A stretch of DNA of 39,715 nucleotides. Origin: a virus (taxonomy: Duplodnaviria; Heunggongvirae; Uroviricota; Caudoviricetes). The notes below the pieces were generated by a model, which saw only the letters and a program-made list of their open reading frames with translations, ran no database searches and was not told the DNA's origin. Position 1 is the first letter of the stretch. Each line of letters starts with the position of its first letter. This document shows, piece after piece, positions 1-8,104 of this stretch. Both the position numbers and the translations under genes were made by a program. The stretch is from IMG/VR virus record IMGVR_UViG_2541047728_000019. One strand, written 5' to 3'.

Positions 1-516
1 ATGAAATTTAAAAAATGTCTTCTGCCTGTGGCAATGTTAGCGTCATTCACTCTGGCAGGATGCCAGTCAAATGCTGATGATCATGCCGCCGATGTTTATC
101 AAACCGATCAACTGAATACCAAACAAGAAACTAAAACCGTTAATATTATTTCCATTCTTCCCGCAAAAGTTGCCGTAGACAACTCCCAAAATAAACGAAA
201 CGCACAAGCCTTCGGCGCGCTTATTGGTGCAGTCGCTGGCGGTGTAATCGGCCACAACGTGGGGTCTGGCAGCAATTCCGGAACGACGGCAGGTGCAGTT
301 GGCGGCGGAGCTGTTGGCGCGGCAGCGGGTTCTATGGTGAATGATAAAACCTTAGTGGAAGGTGTTTCTCTAACGTATAAGGAAGGCACCAAAGTGTATA
401 CCTCCACCCAGGTGGGTAAAGAGTGCCAGTTTACGACAGGTTTAGCCGTTGTTATTACCACGACGTATAACGAAACGCGTATTCAGCCAAATACGAAATG
501 TCCTGAAAAGAGCTAA
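1..516 (+). CDS. Lipoprotein with Gly/Ala-rich glycine-zipper segment
   Basis: Signal peptide ending in lipobox LAGC; long GxxxG-type Gly/Ala run; may be a prophage moron or host flank. Confidence 0.6.
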   Translation: MKFKKCLLPVAMLASFTLAGCQSNADDHAADVYQTDQLNTKQETKTVNIISILPAKVAVDNSQNKRNAQAFGALIGAVAGGVIGHNVGSGSNSGTTAGAVGGGAVGAAAGSMVNDKTLVEGVSLTYKEGTKVYTSTQVGKECQFTTGLAVVITTTYNETRIQPNTKCPEKS

Positions 517-531
517 TGATCAGGAGGAGTC

Positions 532-1071
532 ATGAAGAAAGTTTTTCTTTGCGCCATCTTAGCCTCCTTAAGCTATCCGGCTATCGCCTCATCATTGCAG
601 GATCAACTCTCGGCTGTCGCAGAAGCGGAACAGCAAGGTAAAAATGAAGAGCAAAGGCAGCATGACGAATGGGTCGCGGAGCGCAACAGGGAAATCCAGC
701 AAGAGAAGCAACGTCGCGCAAACGCCCAGGCCGCGGCTAATAAAAGAGCGGCAACGGCAGCGGCGAATAAGAAAGCTCGTCAGGATAAACTGGACGCCGA
801 AGCCACTGCGGACAAAAAACGCGATCAAAGTTATGAAGATGAGCTACGCAGCTTAGAGATTCAGAAACAAAAACTGGCGCTGGCGAAAGAAGAAGCCCGC
901 GTCAAGCGCGAAAACGAATTTATCGATCAGGAACTGAAGCACAAAGCTGCGCAAACCGATGTGGTGCAATCTGAAGCTGACGCAAACAGAAATATGACTG
1001 AAGGCGGTCGCGATCTGATGAAAAGCGTGGGTAAAGCAGAAGAGAACAAATCGGACAGCTGGTTTAACTAA
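532..1071 (+). CDS. Secreted charged coiled-coil protein, unknown function
   Basis: N-terminal signal peptide (MKKVFLCAILASLSYPAIASS); Ala/Lys/Glu/Arg/Gln-rich body; GGAGG Shine-Dalgarno upstream of ATG; 16 bp after previous stop. Confidence 0.55.
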   Translation: MKKVFLCAILASLSYPAIASSLQDQLSAVAEAEQQGKNEEQRQHDEWVAERNREIQQEKQRRANAQAAANKRAATAAANKKARQDKLDAEATADKKRDQSYEDELRSLEIQKQKLALAKEEARVKRENEFIDQELKHKAAQTDVVQSEADANRNMTEGGRDLMKSVGKAEENKSDSWFN

Positions 1072-1110
1072 GCGATGTCAGTAACTTCAAGCCTATGATT
1101 CGTGAGTATA

Positions 1111-1143
1111 AAAAACCCTCTGTAGTAACAGAGGGTTTTGTTC
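1111..1143. terminator. Bidirectional rho-independent terminator between convergent units
   Basis: A-run, 8-bp stem ccctctgt/acagaggg with 4-nt loop, then T-run. Confidence 0.6.
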
Positions 1144-1266
1144 ATTCATAGTGCAGGGTTCAAATCATTCCCACTCAATTATTTACGGATACCATAAACA
1201 ATTGATTGATAACAACTTTCTGCAACATGATTTTCACCGTACCGTTTTATATACCGTCGCCGGAAA

Positions 1267-1764
1267 TCAGTGCCACGATTTTTGCTTCTTCAGTGAATCG
1301 TATTGCTGTTCGCAGGATTCTCCTGCAATCCGATACTTTTCAGCCTCAGCTGCTGTTGCGTTGTAAACTCGATTGCTTTCTTCAAGCATGTCGGCGAGCA
1401 CACCGATGACCTTGCTGGCTGGCGTGCCAGTGGGGAAAGATCCGGTATAGTGTTCGGCGAGTCGCTTGGTTTTGTCAAGCTCGGCGCGCAGGCTGTCAGC
1501 AGCGGCATTAGCATGCTCAGCATCAACACGCGCCACATCGATACGGGATTGTGCTTCACGTTCAATTTGTGTTTTCTCCTGATCACGTTGTGACCTGGCC
1601 TTATCATCAGCCTGTTTCTGATCTTCCTGTGCCTGCGCATACCCGGCATCGTACTGGCGGCTGCCGTGTATATTCCAGGCAACCACTCCGACGATGAACA
1701 GAGCAGCAAGCATCAACACGATAAGCAGCTGTTTCCAATATGCTTTTACGAATGTCAGGATCAT
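1267..1764 (-). CDS. Rz-like i-spanin
   Basis: N-terminal TM helix then charged coiled-coil periplasmic domain; start ATG overlaps endolysin stop (ATGA); last gene of lysis cassette. Confidence 0.75.
   Translation of the reverse strand: MILTFVKAYWKQLLIVLMLAALFIVGVVAWNIHGSRQYDAGYAQAQEDQKQADDKARSQRDQEKTQIEREAQSRIDVARVDAEHANAAADSLRAELDKTKRLAEHYTGSFPTGTPASKVIGVLADMLEESNRVYNATAAEAEKYRIAGESCEQQYDSLKKQKSWH
1290..1538 (-). CDS. Rz1-like o-spanin lipoprotein embedded in Rz in another frame
   Basis: Internal start giving [17 protein letters not shown] with lipobox LTAC, Pro-rich mature part, fully nested inside Rz; start chosen by eye. Confidence 0.5.
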   Translation of the reverse strand: MWRVLMLSMLMPLLTACAPSLTKPSDSPNTIPDLSPLARQPARSSVCSPTCLKKAIEFTTQQQLRLKSIGLQENPANSNTIH

Positions 1765-2390
1765 ACCGCCAGCACCTTACTGGCATTGATGTATCGCGCG
1801 CGCCGGTCGTCGATGCCGTTCCGGCCACCATTGATAATCAGAGTTACACGTGCAATATCGCCGGTATACTTCATGCATCCTTTGCTGGCAAAGAACCACG
1901 CCGCGCTACGAGCCGCATATTCGTCCTGCGCCAGCAGTTCAGGGCTCTCCAGCAGGTCAACCTTCAGACCGTTTCCGCAATCACGATAGTTATTCAAACC
2001 GGTAATCTGGATAAGTCCGCGCCCTCGGTAATTCCAGCCATCACCAGGGGCATTGTTCCCCATGCGTTTGCTGTATACCAGATTTGCGATCGCGCGCTGG
2101 CGCTCAAGTGGCAATGGTGGTTCACCAGCACGGCGCCCCAATGCGTTGGCCTGTCCCTGAGTGAGACGCCCAGCCCGAACAAAGTTAGCCAGTCCGCTGA
2201 CGCTGTAGTTGAAATTCTCCTGCAACCGGGTGAAGCCTCCAGACTCATGCCCGACCTGAGCAATAAACATAGCCTGATCTTCTGGTTTGCTGATACCAAA
2301 CTCTTTCATCGCAGAAGTTATATGCGAGAACCAGCGTGCGGCCAGTGCCTCGCTGATACCAGCAGCTCGCTGGAATTGTTTAATCTCCAT
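1761..2390 (-). CDS. Endolysin, glycoside hydrolase family 19 (chitinase-like) type
   Basis: GHESGGF and [12 protein letters not shown] motifs; real start MEIKQF at 2390 (ORF-track start is upstream out-of-context). Confidence 0.85.
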   Translation of the reverse strand: MEIKQFQRAAGISEALAARWFSHITSAMKEFGISKPEDQAMFIAQVGHESGGFTRLQENFNYSVSGLANFVRAGRLTQGQANALGRRAGEPPLPLERQRAIANLVYSKRMGNNAPGDGWNYRGRGLIQITGLNNYRDCGNGLKVDLLESPELLAQDEYAARSAAWFFASKGCMKYTGDIARVTLIINGGRNGIDDRRARYINASKVLAV

Positions 2391-2688
2391 GTTTAGACCT
2401 CGATACTTTGAAAATTTGAACGACGTTACCGCGCGTTTTAATAACCGCAGCCAGCATGACAGCGTTGATAATGACCTCAGATAAATCCACAGCCATTGGC
2501 GTACGTAACCAGATTGCATAGGCGACTCGAACAGGAATACTGGCCGCAGCAACAATCAGGAAATAAGCAAGCCATCCTCCCCACCTTCGATGTTGAGAGC
2601 CGTTACGCCGGAATGTGACAACGCGAATTGCTATGCCAGTGCAAATAACTGCATTGGTGATAAGCAAAAAAAACTCATGCGTTACCAT
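2380..2688 (-). CDS. Small 3-TM holin-like lysis protein (second holin or antiholin)
   Basis: 102 aa with three hydrophobic helices; ATG with GGGGAG SD; sits between holin and endolysin, overlapping both. Confidence 0.55.
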   Translation of the reverse strand: MVTHEFFLLITNAVICTGIAIRVVTFRRNGSQHRRWGGWLAYFLIVAAASIPVRVAYAIWLRTPMAVDLSEVIINAVMLAAVIKTRGNVVQIFKVSRSKHGD

Positions 2689-3079
2689 CGTCTTTTCTCC
2701 CCGGAATTAACTCGCGTGGATTATCGGAACGGTGATAGAGCCATATACCAATACGCACAGCGACAATTGCTGACACGAATGCGCCTGCAGAGAAAACAAT
2801 CCCTTTTTCAAAAGAGTCCTGCGTGATGGTAGGGATCAGGCTGGCTATGCCGATAAGAATTGATGCTGCTGGTTTGTAAAAGAGAAGGCCGCAAAGAAAG
2901 CTGAGCATCGACAGGAGCACCCGGCGACGGATGGGGTACTCTACTGCAGAGGTAACAAAAATTACCGCCCCAGCCAAAGCCCCTAAAGCAACCTCCGGAG
3001 GGACACCTGCAATAACCGCAGCAAGAGAACCAAAACTAAGCAACTGATTTAATTGCTCACTTGTTACTTGAGCAGACAT
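2675..3079 (-). CDS. Holin-like multi-TM protein
   Basis: 134 aa, 4-5 predicted TM helices, AGGAGA SD; first gene of lysis cassette. Confidence 0.6.
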   Translation of the reverse strand: MSAQVTSEQLNQLLSFGSLAAVIAGVPPEVALGALAGAVIFVTSAVEYPIRRRVLLSMLSFLCGLLFYKPAASILIGIASLIPTITQDSFEKGIVFSAGAFVSAIVAVRIGIWLYHRSDNPRELIPGRKDDGNA

Positions 3080-3138
3080 ACTTTCTCCTGTTTACTATCT
3101 ATAAGCCAGTCAATTATTGATGACTAAACCCGCATAGT

Positions 3139-3150
3139 AAACCATATATG
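3139..3150 (-). promoter_or_regulatory. Copy of recurrent motif (minus strand CATATATGGTTT) about 60 bp upstream of holin start
   Basis: Resembles YATATGTGGTT found upstream of tailspike, portal-proximal gene and nin-region gene; no palindrome partner here. Confidence 0.25.
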
Positions 3151-3360
3151 AATCATTATTGTTCCGTATCATATATCTCAATAAAAGTACTAATGATTTT
3201 ACAGAACGAGCCAGCAGAGTGGGGGCAGTTGTACAGGAACCATAGACTTAATTTTGTATTTAATAATGCTATGGTGTAATAAACCTGAACATGTATTTAA
3301 AATACGTACTGATTCATGATAGAATTCAAAGATAACTTTTCACAAACTCCGTTTTTGATA

Positions 3361-3385
3361 CCCGCAAAATATTGCGGGCTTTTTT
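3361..3385. terminator. Hairpin plus T-run between tailspike stop and lysis cassette
   Basis: cccgcaa/ttgcggg stem then 8 T on plus strand; for the minus-strand transcript the U-tract is poor, so function is uncertain. Confidence 0.4.
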
Positions 3386-6300
3386 TTAACGTTCTTCCAG
3401 AGACTGAATCCGCTCTTTTATCTTATCCATTTCTCTGCGCTGCCATGCTGCCTCGATATAGAATAAGAGATCAGGTCTGACCCCCCATCTAGATCCTGCT
3501 GGCGTTATTTCAACGCGCTCAATGATGTCTTCCATTACCATCACTGGATTATCATCCTCATCAACAATGATGCTCCCGTCATTATCAGTCAGCGGCATTT
3601 CCCTTTGGCCAGTAATGACGTCATCATATACTGCGGGATAATCGTCATAGCAAAGAAAGGCATAGCGGCATGTTGTGCTTTCTTCTTCCATGAGTCCGTG
3701 AGAAATAAGAACATCACGAAGTTGCTGCGCGATTACACCATGATGTATCCTCGCCCCTTCTTCCCCCTTTATAGCGACAGCGTTCAGCCATTTATAAGCG
3801 ATATACCTGACGTCACCCCAGGCATCCAGCAATGCTTCGTCAGGAGAGACCGGCTCTGTCTTTAATGTTCCGTCACTGGTAACCACAGGATTGGAGCCAA
3901 GATAAACTGTCGAGAACCTGTTTCCCGGACCACCAAGAGCATTTACATTATCAAGATAAGGTTTAACATCTCCGTTCTCAAAAAGATGTTCGAGTGCGTT
4001 ATATACCGCGCGACGTGGAGTACTGCTTCTGGAACCATGCAACGTTATCATTGCACCATCTGCTGAAGACGTTGTTTCACCGCCGCTAACGATTAATCTC
4101 TGAGCGGTAACATCATCAGACGGTACTTTCTTCGCAATAATGGCGTAATTACCCTCAAGTTTGACTTCCGCGCGAACTTGTCCTGATGTACCTGCATGGA
4201 CAGTCAGTGACTGGACGGCAACATCATCTGTGAAATCAACGGGTACAGGAACCGTCCTCACGCCTGACGTCGACATAAAAGTAGGAAGCGTTCTGTTAGG
4301 AGTGGCTCCGTAGACAAAATCCCTTGAAACAAATTCTTCCTGTTTAATTTTCACCCTGAAACAATACAAATCAGCCGGGTGACCATCGTGAACATAAGGA
4401 TATTTTCTGTTGTTATCCCCTATGCTCCATGGGTTTAGAAAGTCTTCCCCACCGAAAATGTAGTACAGCCAGTTGTCTTTGATACAAACTGAACCAACAC
4501 CAACCGCAGAGTTAACTATTCCGCCCTGATAAATCTGATCAGTAACATTAACCCACTCTACATTATCCAGACTCCACTCATTGACGTTAACTCTGGTCAT
4601 AAATGTTCTTGGATAATTTCCTGCATAACGGTTATCAGGTTCTCCTCCTTCCCACTCACCAAATGCGCGCTCACTGCCAAAAATAATCAGCTCATCGCCA
4701 ACTTTGGCAAAAGGAAGGTTTGAGTGATGAACATTATTTGGGAAGCGAAGAGAATTCCATGATGTACCTAAATCAGAGCTTCTGTGCAATGAACTACCGG
4801 GTTGAGTACTTAATGTCCCCCTGGTCGTCAGATACAGAATGCCATCATAATATTTTACACATGGCTCAGATGCATTCGCCTCATATTCTACAGGTATGCG
4901 TCTGCGAACAAAGCTACCAGGAGAACCGAAAGCATCAGAGAAATAGAGTATCCCAAGCTCGCGTGGACCAATATCACCATTATGGTAGCCAACAGCAAAA
5001 CTGTTATCGCTAATCGTCGCAAAACTGTGAATCTCAGTAACAGGAGTGCTTCCGTCAACAAAAGAAGGAATAGTTCCAAGACTGGTTTTTCTCCATGGTG
5101 ACGAGTGAAATGATGTGCCAAAACTCCAGTATCTACCCTCGTTATTCTGATCCACATCCTGGGTATTTTTCGTCGTAACTGTAAAGGTATTTTTATCAAT
5201 AACAGTAGTCACCGTCATATTCCCGGTAACACCTGTAACACCAGAGTTTGAGAAGTTGACAAAATCACCAGCAAATAATCCGTGATCAGTAATGCGAATA
5301 TAAGCGACTTGCTGATTTGCTGCTTTCGTTATACCACCATAAACGCGAAGGCTGCGACTCATTGGGCGATCCCACAACTCTGCAACCTGCAGTTTATTTC
5401 CGCTCACGGTCCGCGTCTCAATTACAGCAAAAAGGCGATTTCTGACAACCCCCATACTCATGCAGTGATAGTTAACTGTGGGATAGTTTTCATGTAAATC
5501 TGTAAGCCATTCCGGCGTTGTCCAGGTCTTCCCGTCATCTCCTGAGCGAACCCATGCAACATGGAGGTTATTTACACCATGGCGGTCTCCAGCCATAAAA
5601 GGCGCATAGATGACATTGTCATATACAAACGTTTTATCCTGCGTCCAGGCGTTGTACCACGGTGTATCTGTAATTTTAAATAACTCTCCCTGGATAAAAT
5701 CTTCAGAAGCATAAAAAAGAGGTTGGCCCGGTATTCTCTCAAATAAAAAACGAGCATTTTTAAATCGACTGACATCCGGAAGAGTTGATACTTTAAAAGT
5801 AAGCCCTAATCCGTCAATTTTATAACCTGGAGATGAGGCTTCAAGGCACGCGCTTATTGCAGTGGAATCGTCATTTATACCATCACCAACAGCTCCAAAA
5901 TCTTTGGGGCTAATAGCATCACGCATTTTATCCTGGAACGTTCGGTACACAGCCCCAGAACCATACTGAATAAACCAACCAAAACCACCAACAACCCCGG
6001 AGATTGCAGCATCGACATAATTACGCATTGAGCGATTATTTACAGCGTCCTGCTCAAATGATGGATCTGCAAGGTTAGAAATTTTGTTTTGCTTTGCATC
6101 GTAATATTTTGCAAGCAAAGATGGTTTCATCAATGCACGTCTGAACCACCCAAAACATTGCTGGATCAGCATCGTCAGATAGTCAAAGGCATCTTCATGC
6201 ACCTCGGGGAAAAATTTTCCCTGATTACGAAGATCAGTCTCCTGCACCACATCAAGCACACGATCTATCGTAATTCGCCATCCAGCAGCAAGCGGCGACG

Positions 6301-6505
6301 GAAGAACAACAGAACCGCCACTATAAGTGCCCGCCCCAGTTACCGTATAACCGGTATCCAGTACTAGTTCTGTTACGTTACCGTTAAGGTCAGACACCTG
6401 AACAACCAGGTCGGATTTTTTGAAAATACGGAAGGTATACGGAAATGATGTCGTAACGCCGTTACCAGTGTATTCGTTGTGGTCAACTTCGGTTGAGACC
6501 GTCAT
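3386..6505 (-). CDS. Tailspike: N-terminal particle-binding domain, central beta-helix-type depolymerase region, C-terminal intramolecular chaperone (peptidase S74-like) domain
   Basis: 1039 aa; DFGAVGDGINDDSTAI motif typical of pectate-lyase-like beta-helix enzymes; C-terminal DEALLDAWG...YKWLNAVAIKGEEGARIHHGVIAQQ matches self-cleaving chaperone domains; GGAGA SD. Confidence 0.85.
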   Translation of the reverse strand: MTVSTEVDHNEYTGNGVTTSFPYTFRIFKKSDLVVQVSDLNGNVTELVLDTGYTVTGAGTYSGGSVVLPSPLAAGWRITIDRVLDVVQETDLRNQGKFFPEVHEDAFDYLTMLIQQCFGWFRRALMKPSLLAKYYDAKQNKISNLADPSFEQDAVNNRSMRNYVDAAISGVVGGFGWFIQYGSGAVYRTFQDKMRDAISPKDFGAVGDGINDDSTAISACLEASSPGYKIDGLGLTFKVSTLPDVSRFKNARFLFERIPGQPLFYASEDFIQGELFKITDTPWYNAWTQDKTFVYDNVIYAPFMAGDRHGVNNLHVAWVRSGDDGKTWTTPEWLTDLHENYPTVNYHCMSMGVVRNRLFAVIETRTVSGNKLQVAELWDRPMSRSLRVYGGITKAANQQVAYIRITDHGLFAGDFVNFSNSGVTGVTGNMTVTTVIDKNTFTVTTKNTQDVDQNNEGRYWSFGTSFHSSPWRKTSLGTIPSFVDGSTPVTEIHSFATISDNSFAVGYHNGDIGPRELGILYFSDAFGSPGSFVRRRIPVEYEANASEPCVKYYDGILYLTTRGTLSTQPGSSLHRSSDLGTSWNSLRFPNNVHHSNLPFAKVGDELIIFGSERAFGEWEGGEPDNRYAGNYPRTFMTRVNVNEWSLDNVEWVNVTDQIYQGGIVNSAVGVGSVCIKDNWLYYIFGGEDFLNPWSIGDNNRKYPYVHDGHPADLYCFRVKIKQEEFVSRDFVYGATPNRTLPTFMSTSGVRTVPVPVDFTDDVAVQSLTVHAGTSGQVRAEVKLEGNYAIIAKKVPSDDVTAQRLIVSGGETTSSADGAMITLHGSRSSTPRRAVYNALEHLFENGDVKPYLDNVNALGGPGNRFSTVYLGSNPVVTSDGTLKTEPVSPDEALLDAWGDVRYIAYKWLNAVAIKGEEGARIHHGVIAQQLRDVLISHGLMEEESTTCRYAFLCYDDYPAVYDDVITGQREMPLTDNDGSIIVDEDDNPVMVMEDIIERVEITPAGSRWGVRPDLLFYIEAAWQRREMDKIKERIQSLEER

Positions 6506-6567
6506 GTTAAATCTCCAGATAGTCGCAGCACCCGTTGCGCCGCATATCTGGTTATTCTATTACCTGA

Positions 6568-6581
6568 AAAACCACATATGG
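6568..6581 (-). promoter_or_regulatory. Recurrent motif CATATGTGGTT (minus strand) about 65 bp upstream of tailspike ATG
   Basis: Same 11-mer family at 26754-26764 and 32827-32837, each 40-55 bp from a TTACC-N5-GGTAA palindrome. Confidence 0.3.
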
Positions 6582-6609
6582 ATAGAAAGACTGTGAATAC
6601 GAATAGATA

Positions 6610-6624
6610 TTACCTTTCGGGTAA
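6610..6624. promoter_or_regulatory. Operator-like palindrome TTACC-TTTCG-GGTAA
   Basis: Perfect 5+5 dyad; member of a 12-site family in this window. Confidence 0.55.
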
Positions 6625-6661
6625 TTTGCAAAACGTGCTGGATAGCAAACAAATTATTTGA

Positions 6662-6681
6662 TACTGTATAAATATACAGTT
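6662..6681 (+). promoter_or_regulatory. LexA (SOS) box TACTGTATAAATATACAGTT
   Basis: CTGT-N8-ACAG with AT-rich spacer, matches LexA consensus taCTGT(AT)4ACAGta; centred about 30 bp upstream of ATG 6701. Confidence 0.6.
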
Positions 6682-6700
6682 ATTGCATGGAGAAGATAAG

Positions 6701-6958
6701 ATGCAGCAGTATCACTATCCACTGGAAGACGGATTTACCGAAAGGATTCACACGCCGGGAGGCGTCAGGTCACTGGTGGAGGGATCGCACTTGATGAAAT
6801 TACTCCGGGATCTCGATAAGGATGGATTTAATGTCGATGGCCCACTTGCCGAACTGACTGCACTGATTAACTACGTCACCAGCTCACAGATGTCTATGCA
6901 GGATCTGCAAACACATCTCGACTATTGTGCCGAACAATTACGAAAACAAACCCGGTAA
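6701..6958 (+). CDS. Small antirepressor-like protein: stand-alone copy of the Ant C-terminal module
   Basis: 85 aa; clear similarity (IHTPGGV..LMKLL..DG.NV.G..AELT...Y...DLQTH.DY) to the C-termini of both Ant proteins; GGAG SD 8 nt upstream; LexA box in promoter. Confidence 0.55.
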   Translation: MQQYHYPLEDGFTERIHTPGGVRSLVEGSHLMKLLRDLDKDGFNVDGPLAELTALINYVTSSQMSMQDLQTHLDYCAEQLRKQTR

Positions 6959-6964
6959 ATTTAA

Positions 6965-6982
6965 AGGCCGCAAGAGCGGCCT
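6965..6982. terminator. Bidirectional terminator hairpin aggccgc-aaga-gcggcct
   Basis: 7-bp GC stem between convergent genes; near-identical hairpin at 9612-9629. Confidence 0.5.
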
Positions 6983-7709
6983 ATCGTTTCGCTTTGTGCT
7001 CGTCCCAGCACGTTTTGCACCATGCCATTAAGCCGTCCGCATTTTGATTATTAGGGTAAAAGCTGGTCCGTTTTCTGCGGACATTACAAATTGGGCACCA
7101 CTTCATATGGCGTGTATTCTTTGGGCCATCGAGACACCTTGCACACCACTTAGTCAATCCATCTGGATTTTTTGACGATTTCCGGAATTTGTCATATGGA
7201 AGGTTTATTCTGCATCGCAAACACTGCTTGCGGCCACTTGAAACTCTGTTAGCTGATTCTTCTTTTGGCGGCGATACAGAAGGTATTCTTGCTGGCTCTG
7301 ATACTGCCTGAGGTGCTTTTTTAGATGACTGAGACGATATGTCATCACCAGGGAATCTTCCATGATATGCCGGACGCGTTGACACTCCAGGTGGAAGCTC
7401 AGCTGTAAACGGCTTTGGCTGAATCAGTTGCCTCTCTTTTGCTAACTCCTGCTGTTTATAATATGTCTGGATTACCGCGCTATCATAAGCAGGAGGTACG
7501 GAAATATTAGGCGCATTATCTCCCGTTTTTTGAAACTGAGTGGAGGTGTGTTCTATCACCTGTGTACGATTAATCGTTATCTCCCCATCTTCAGTCTTTA
7601 TCGTTTTGTTATGATTAACGACCGTACGATCAGAGATCTTAGTCTTGTTCTGGTTGATAACGTAAATAATCACCGCAACCACACCAACAACTACCCAGAA
7701 AACTTCCAT
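6981..7709 (-). CDS. Membrane-anchored protein with two tandem CxxC-x22-CxxC zinc-ribbon repeats
   Basis: N-terminal TM helix, Pro/Ser-rich linker, repeats CLRC...DGLTKWCARC and CPIC...DGLMAWCKTC; strong GAGGAAAGG SD; operator palindrome about 20 bp upstream. Confidence 0.6.
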   Translation of the reverse strand: MEVFWVVVGVVAVIIYVINQNKTKISDRTVVNHNKTIKTEDGEITINRTQVIEHTSTQFQKTGDNAPNISVPPAYDSAVIQTYYKQQELAKERQLIQPKPFTAELPPGVSTRPAYHGRFPGDDISSQSSKKAPQAVSEPARIPSVSPPKEESANRVSSGRKQCLRCRINLPYDKFRKSSKNPDGLTKWCARCLDGPKNTRHMKWCPICNVRRKRTSFYPNNQNADGLMAWCKTCWDEHKAKR

Positions 7710-7729
7710 TGCCTTTCCTCACAATAACA

Positions 7730-7744
7730 TTACCTTAAAGGTAA
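7730..7744. promoter_or_regulatory. Operator-like palindrome TTACC-TTAAA-GGTAA
   Basis: Perfect dyad immediately upstream of the 7709 gene. Confidence 0.55.
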
Positions 7745-7822
7745 TATCTTGCTTTCAGGTGATCAAGCGTTAAACGCAATCAACCAAATACGGTTGATTT
7801 TAATATTTCTTCGCGTTTATCA

Positions 7823-7837
7823 TTACCTTTGCGGTAA
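7823..7837. promoter_or_regulatory. Operator-like palindrome TTACC-TTTGC-GGTAA overlapping a candidate -10
   Basis: Preceded by TTGATT-N18-TATCAT; faces the KilA-N antirepressor gene. Confidence 0.55.
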
Positions 7838-8104
7838 ATTTACATCGCACTCCTCTTGTGCCATAGTAATCGGGCACTGGCAAAATCCAGTGCCGGGATT
7901 GGTCTCCCGGATTACTACAGAGGCACATATGCCGCATAAGCGGTTTTTTTATGTGTAAAGCGCACCTATTCTATGGTGGGCTGTGTGGGGGCACCGAAAG
8001 GTGCGCCGGGTTCCTTTGTAGCCGGTAAGACCAACTCTGCACAGTTCACCACCATCTGATTGGTCTCAGCGGTGGTGATTAACCTAACTACAAAGGTGAT
8101 CGCC

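Noticed and set aside
1072-1266. attR or integrase footprint at the left end
   Set aside because: No integrase gene in the window and no repeat matching the tRNA 3' end or the right window edge; boundary cannot be assigned.
3386-6505. Tailspike as an endosialidase
   Set aside because: The C-terminal chaperone domain is shared with endosialidases, but the central DFGAxGDG motif indicates a beta-helix lyase/hydrolase rather than a sialidase beta-propeller; substrate left open.
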